Positions 60,149-64,000 of a DNA stretch of 64,000 bases are shown here, piece by piece. The notes beneath the pieces were generated by a model, which saw nothing but the letters and a program-made list of their open reading frames with translations, was not told the origin of the DNA and ran no database searches. This stretch comes from Nitrospirota bacterium (GTDB lineage: Bacteria > Nitrospirota > Nitrospiria > Nitrospirales > NS-4). The position numbers and the translations under genes are program-made. The stretch covers positions 160,001 through 224,000 of the forward strand of contig CAWBGA010000013.1 in the NCBI GenBank assembly GCA_963788195.1, given 5' to 3'. Every line of letters begins with the position of its first letter. Positions within the stretch are counted from its first letter, which is position 1.

Positions 60149-61893
60149 GCCGACACCGTCAGTCGCGACGCATAATAGGTTCAGCGCGTCTGCGGCGGCT
60201 CCTTGTTATTGCTGCGGCCCACCTTGTTCTGATCCATCATGGCGGAGCCTTGGCGCAATTGGCGCCTCCGTTTCCAACGCCGCCACCTCCGTTGCCTGAA
60301 GGAGTTCCGCCGCCGCCCCCGCCAAGCAGGGTGGAGCCTCCCCCGCCGATACTGCCGCCGGCTAAGCCCAGCCTGGGGATGATCCGGGTCTTCGTCCGGG
60401 AGATCAGAGTCGTAGGCAGCACCGTGTTCTCCAAGGATGAGCTGGCAAAACTCACGGCGCCCTATCTCAATCGCGAATTGACCTCGGAGGATCTGGAAGC
60501 CTTACGGATGGCGTTGACCTTGCATTACGTCAACAATGGCTATGTCACCTCAGGCGCTGTCATTCCCGATCAAACGGTCGCAGATGGTGTGCTTACACTT
60601 CAGATCGTGGAAGGACGGCTGGCAAGAATTGATGTGGAAGGGAACAAATGGTTCGTGCCTTCCTACATTCAGAAGCGCATCGAGTTAAGCGCCGGGCCGC
60701 CCGTCAACATGAATAAGATACAAGAGCGCCTGCAATTACTGCAGGAGACTCCTGGCATTACGAGGCTGAATGCGGAGCTGCGTCCGGGCCTCAAGCTCGG
60801 AGAGAGCGTTATGAATGTCAAGGTCACCGAGGCGCTGCCTTTCAAAATCTGGCTGGACTTCAACAACTACCAATCGCCGACGGTCGGCGCCGAGCGGGGT
60901 CTGATCACCGTGGCAGCCCAGAGTCTTACCGGTCATGGGGATATCCTGACCGTGCAGTACGGCTATTCACGCGGCGTGAACCCGCAAATTGACGCCAGGT
61001 ACACGCTGCCGATCACCCGGTGGGATACCACCTTCAGCGTGCAGTACCGAAAGAATGATTTTAAGGTGGTTGAAAGTCCTTTCCAGCGATCTGGGTATCA
61101 AGAGCGAGTCTGATATTTTCGGAATCACCCTGCGCCAACCGGTCTATCGGACGGTAACTCAGGAGTTCGCCTTGGCATTGACCGGCGAGCGGTTGTACAA
61201 CAAGACCTTTCTTTTTGACACGCCGTTTCCCTTTACCATCGGTGCGACGGAAAATGGTGTGTCACAGGTAACGGCCATACGATTTTCGCAGGAATGGGTG
61301 CGCCGGACCAGCGCGCAAGTCGATCGCCGCGTTCTCGCGCTTCTCAGTCGGAATTGATGCCTTGGGGGCCACGACGACGGGCGCCGTGACTCCAGCGACT
61401 GAAGGGGATCAGGCGAAGGCGCAGTTTTTCTCATGGTTGGGTCAAGCGCAGTGGGCCCGGCGAATCGACCCCTTACGTCTGCAGCTCATATCGCGCATGG
61501 ATCTGCAAGTGTCAATGCAGCATTTCTTTCCCTTGGAGCAGATCTCAGTCGGGGGCCGCTACAGCGTGCGTGGATATCGGGAAAACACGCTGGTGCGGGA
61601 CAATGCGTTGCTCTTCTCGTTGGAGCCCCGCGTTGCGGTACTGCGTTCGGCCGTCGGCAGGGACATCGTGCAGATTGCGCCGTTCTTCGACTACGGATAT
61701 TCCTGGAACAGGCAGGTGGCGACCCTGGATCCCAAAGACGCTGGCAAGCCTTGGACTGGGTCTGATCTGGAATATCCTGGCCGGCAGCCGGTTTGAAGTG
61801 TACTGGGGCCAGTCTTTATATCCAGTCCCGACGAAGGGCGGCAATTTGCAAGACCATGGCGTTCACATGCAGTTGGTCGTGGAAGTGCTGTAG
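60145..61893 (+). CDS. TpsB (ShlB/FhaC/HecB) outer-membrane transporter, frameshifted
   Basis: Pro-rich linker, POTRA (Y..NGYVTSGA), GGRYSVRGY motif, beta-barrel C-terminus. Confidence 0.88.
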
Positions 61894-61917
61894 AGTGCCC
61901 GGGAGAGGCTTCCTCTA

Positions 61918-64000
61918 GTGCAACGACTCATCCAATCAGTCCTCATCATATTCCTTGTATCGTTTTCATCGTCGATCCCCGGCTCCGTTCATGCCACAAA
62001 CGGCGCCGAGCCGCCTTCGGCCGAGGTGCATATGGCTCAAGGCCTGCAGGCGTTTCAGCGCGGCGCATTCGATCAGGCCGCATTAAGCTGGACAGAAGCC
62101 TTGCGCCAGTACGAGAAGAGCTGGAAAGGTTAAAGAACAGGGCGAGGTCCTCGTGCGCCTTTCTCAAGCCTACCAATCCATGGGTCACTATACGGAGGCC
62201 TTTCAAAGTCTGAAAGCAGCATTGGCGCTTGCGGAGCAGGCGCAAGATCCCGCCAGGCTCGCGGTGGTCTTGGAAAGCGCCGGAAATCTGTATCTTGCGG
62301 CAGGGCAAGATCGAGGAGGCGGATCAGTCTTTGCGAAAAGCCTTAAGCATTGCCAGGGACCTCAAAAACGACTCCCTCTCGGCCACGATTCTGAACAATC
62401 TTGGCATCCTCCTGACGTATCAGAAGAACTACCCTGAAGCGCTGGCCGCCTATCGTGAAAGCGTCGCCCTTGCCACGGCGTCGAAGCAACCTGGATTGGC
62501 CGCGCGGGCTTTGGTCAATGCAGCCACGGCGTCGTCGCAAGACGCCAAATACAAGGGGGCTCTGCAACTGGCTGGACCAGGCGGCAGAGCAGATGCAGAG
62601 CGTTGAGCCGTCGCACGACAAGGCCTATGGCCTGATCACGATCGCGCTCGCCTATCAGCGTCTCCGTGCCTCGTTTCCCGAAGCTGAAGGAAGCCTTATT
62701 GCTCAAAGCCGCTGAGCTTTTTAACGACGCCGCGACTGTCGCCGAACGGCTCGGCGATCCCGCGGGCCTCGTCCTATGCCTTGGGCTATCTCGGCAGCCT
62801 GTATGAAGGAGAGGGACGGTCGGAGGAGGCCTTGGATCTGACGCGCCGCGCGGTGTTCGCAGGCCAGCAGGCGGTATCGCCCGAGGCGCTGTACCGGTGG
62901 CATTGGCAGACGGGACGCCTGCTGAAGACGCTCGGGAAACGTGAGGAGGCGATCGCCGCGTATCGCCGCGCAGTCTACGCGCTTCAATCCATCCGTCCGG
63001 AAAGATCCCCCGCATTTGCCGTGGCTCAAACGTCCTTCCGCGAATCGGTGGGCGCGCTGTACTTCGAGCTCGCCGATCTCCTCCTACAACAAGCCGCGTC
63101 CGTTTCGGAACGCGAGCAGATACGAGCCGTATCTGATGGAAGCGCGCGAAACGGTCGAATTGTTCAAGGCGGCTGAACTCCGGGACTATTTTCGTGATGA
63201 ATGCGTGGACGCCGCCCGGTCCCGCAGCACCAGTGTCGAGATTATTGCGCAATCGGCGGCCATCATCTATCCCATCATTCTGCCTGACCGGCTGGAACTG
63301 CTCGTAAGCCTGCCTGGCGGTTCTAAAGCGGAGTTCTGCAGCGGATTCCGGTAGGAGTGAATGCGGCCGTGCTCAATGGCGAGGTCCGCAAGTTCCGCGA
63401 TAAACTCGAGAAACGTACAACGCGGGAATATCTGCCTCACGCCCAACAGTTATACGACTGGATGATTCGCCCGCTGGAGCCGATCATTGGCATCCATGAA
63501 GATCGATACACTGGTCTTCGTGCCGGATGGATCCTTGCGGACGATCCCGATGGCGGCGCTTCACGATGGCAAGCAATTTCTGATCGCCAAATACGCGCTC
63601 GCAACCACCCCGGGACTTACCCTGACCGATCCCCGCGCCTTGAAACGCGGGACCATCAAAGCCTTATCCATGGGGCTCACTGAGTCGGTCCAAGGTTTTA
63701 CGCCTCTGCCGAATGTGCTGGAGGAACTGCAAGCCATCAAGCAGATTTACGGCGGCACGACCCTGATCAACGAAGAATTTTTGATCTCGCGCCTGGAAAA
63801 GGAGCTGAGAGAAGGTCAGTTCACAATCGTCCACATTGCGTCGCACGGGCAGTTCGCAAACGACGTCAAGAAGACATTCGTGCTGACGTTCGACGACAAA
63901 CTCACGATGGACCGACTGGATCAATTCGTCGGCCTGCTGCGCTTTCGCGACGAACCGCTGGGGTTGCTGACCTTGAGCGCGTGCGAGACGGCGGCCGGAG
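61918..64000 (+). CDS. Exported TPR plus CHAT (caspase-like) protease, frameshifted, runs off the window
   Basis: Signal peptide, TPRs, LYDWMIRP, VPDGSLRTIPMAALHDG, VHIASHGQF (His), LTLSACETAAG (Cys). Confidence 0.88.

Noticed and set aside
1..64000. Numerous frameshifts read as genome decay or programmed frameshifting
   Set aside because: Most are single-base indels, often in short homopolymers, in genes with intact motifs. Duplicate-copy comparison exposes two directly (extra T near 56608, extra G near 57126). Sequencing error is most likely; polishing would decide.

Overview
A gene-dense, GC-rich bacterial chromosomal window. The gene complement suggests Nitrospirota or a relative, but this is inference only. 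Single-base indels split many otherwise intact genes. Two of them are visible by comparing duplicated segments inside the window, so I treat most frameshifts as probable long-read errors. Contents in order: serA-hisZ-dnaB-TPR; a sigma54-driven type IV pilin with an accessory ABC module; degT; a 4.3-kb repeat-bounded island holding two REP-associated tyrosine transposases (RAYTs) and a MutS-like ATPase; a minus-strand run of permuted ATP-grasp/glutaredoxin, KamA, dCTP deaminase, TIGR04283/04282 transferases, MBL-rhodanese and HI0933; YkgJ-DUF2156; a PIN toxin-antitoxin pair; an orphan NorQ/CbbQ plus NorD/CbbO pair with ferredoxin-thioredoxin reductase; mdh; a di-haem cytochrome c; PerR-rubrerythrin-FeS oxidoreductase-DUF3501; a NarX/PilJ-sensor KdpD/E-like two-component system; a ferritin-like protein; stand-alone NuoF-ferredoxin-ErpA-PTPS-FolE; Trx/Prx; rarA; ABC-F; and a two-partner secretion locus (two TpsA, TpsB, TPR-CHAT). 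The most notable observations are four. (1) A RAYT/REP system in which each transposase has its own inverted repeats and related repeats now encode protein sequence in host genes. (2) Tandem TpsA cassettes joined at a 7-bp microhomology on signal-peptide cleavage sites, so TpsA2 carries a copy of TpsB's leader. (3) A duplicated 51-bp operator that outlines a probable regulon for the hybrid two-component system. (4) Self-nested palindromic repeats. I found no rRNA, tRNA or CRISPR array.
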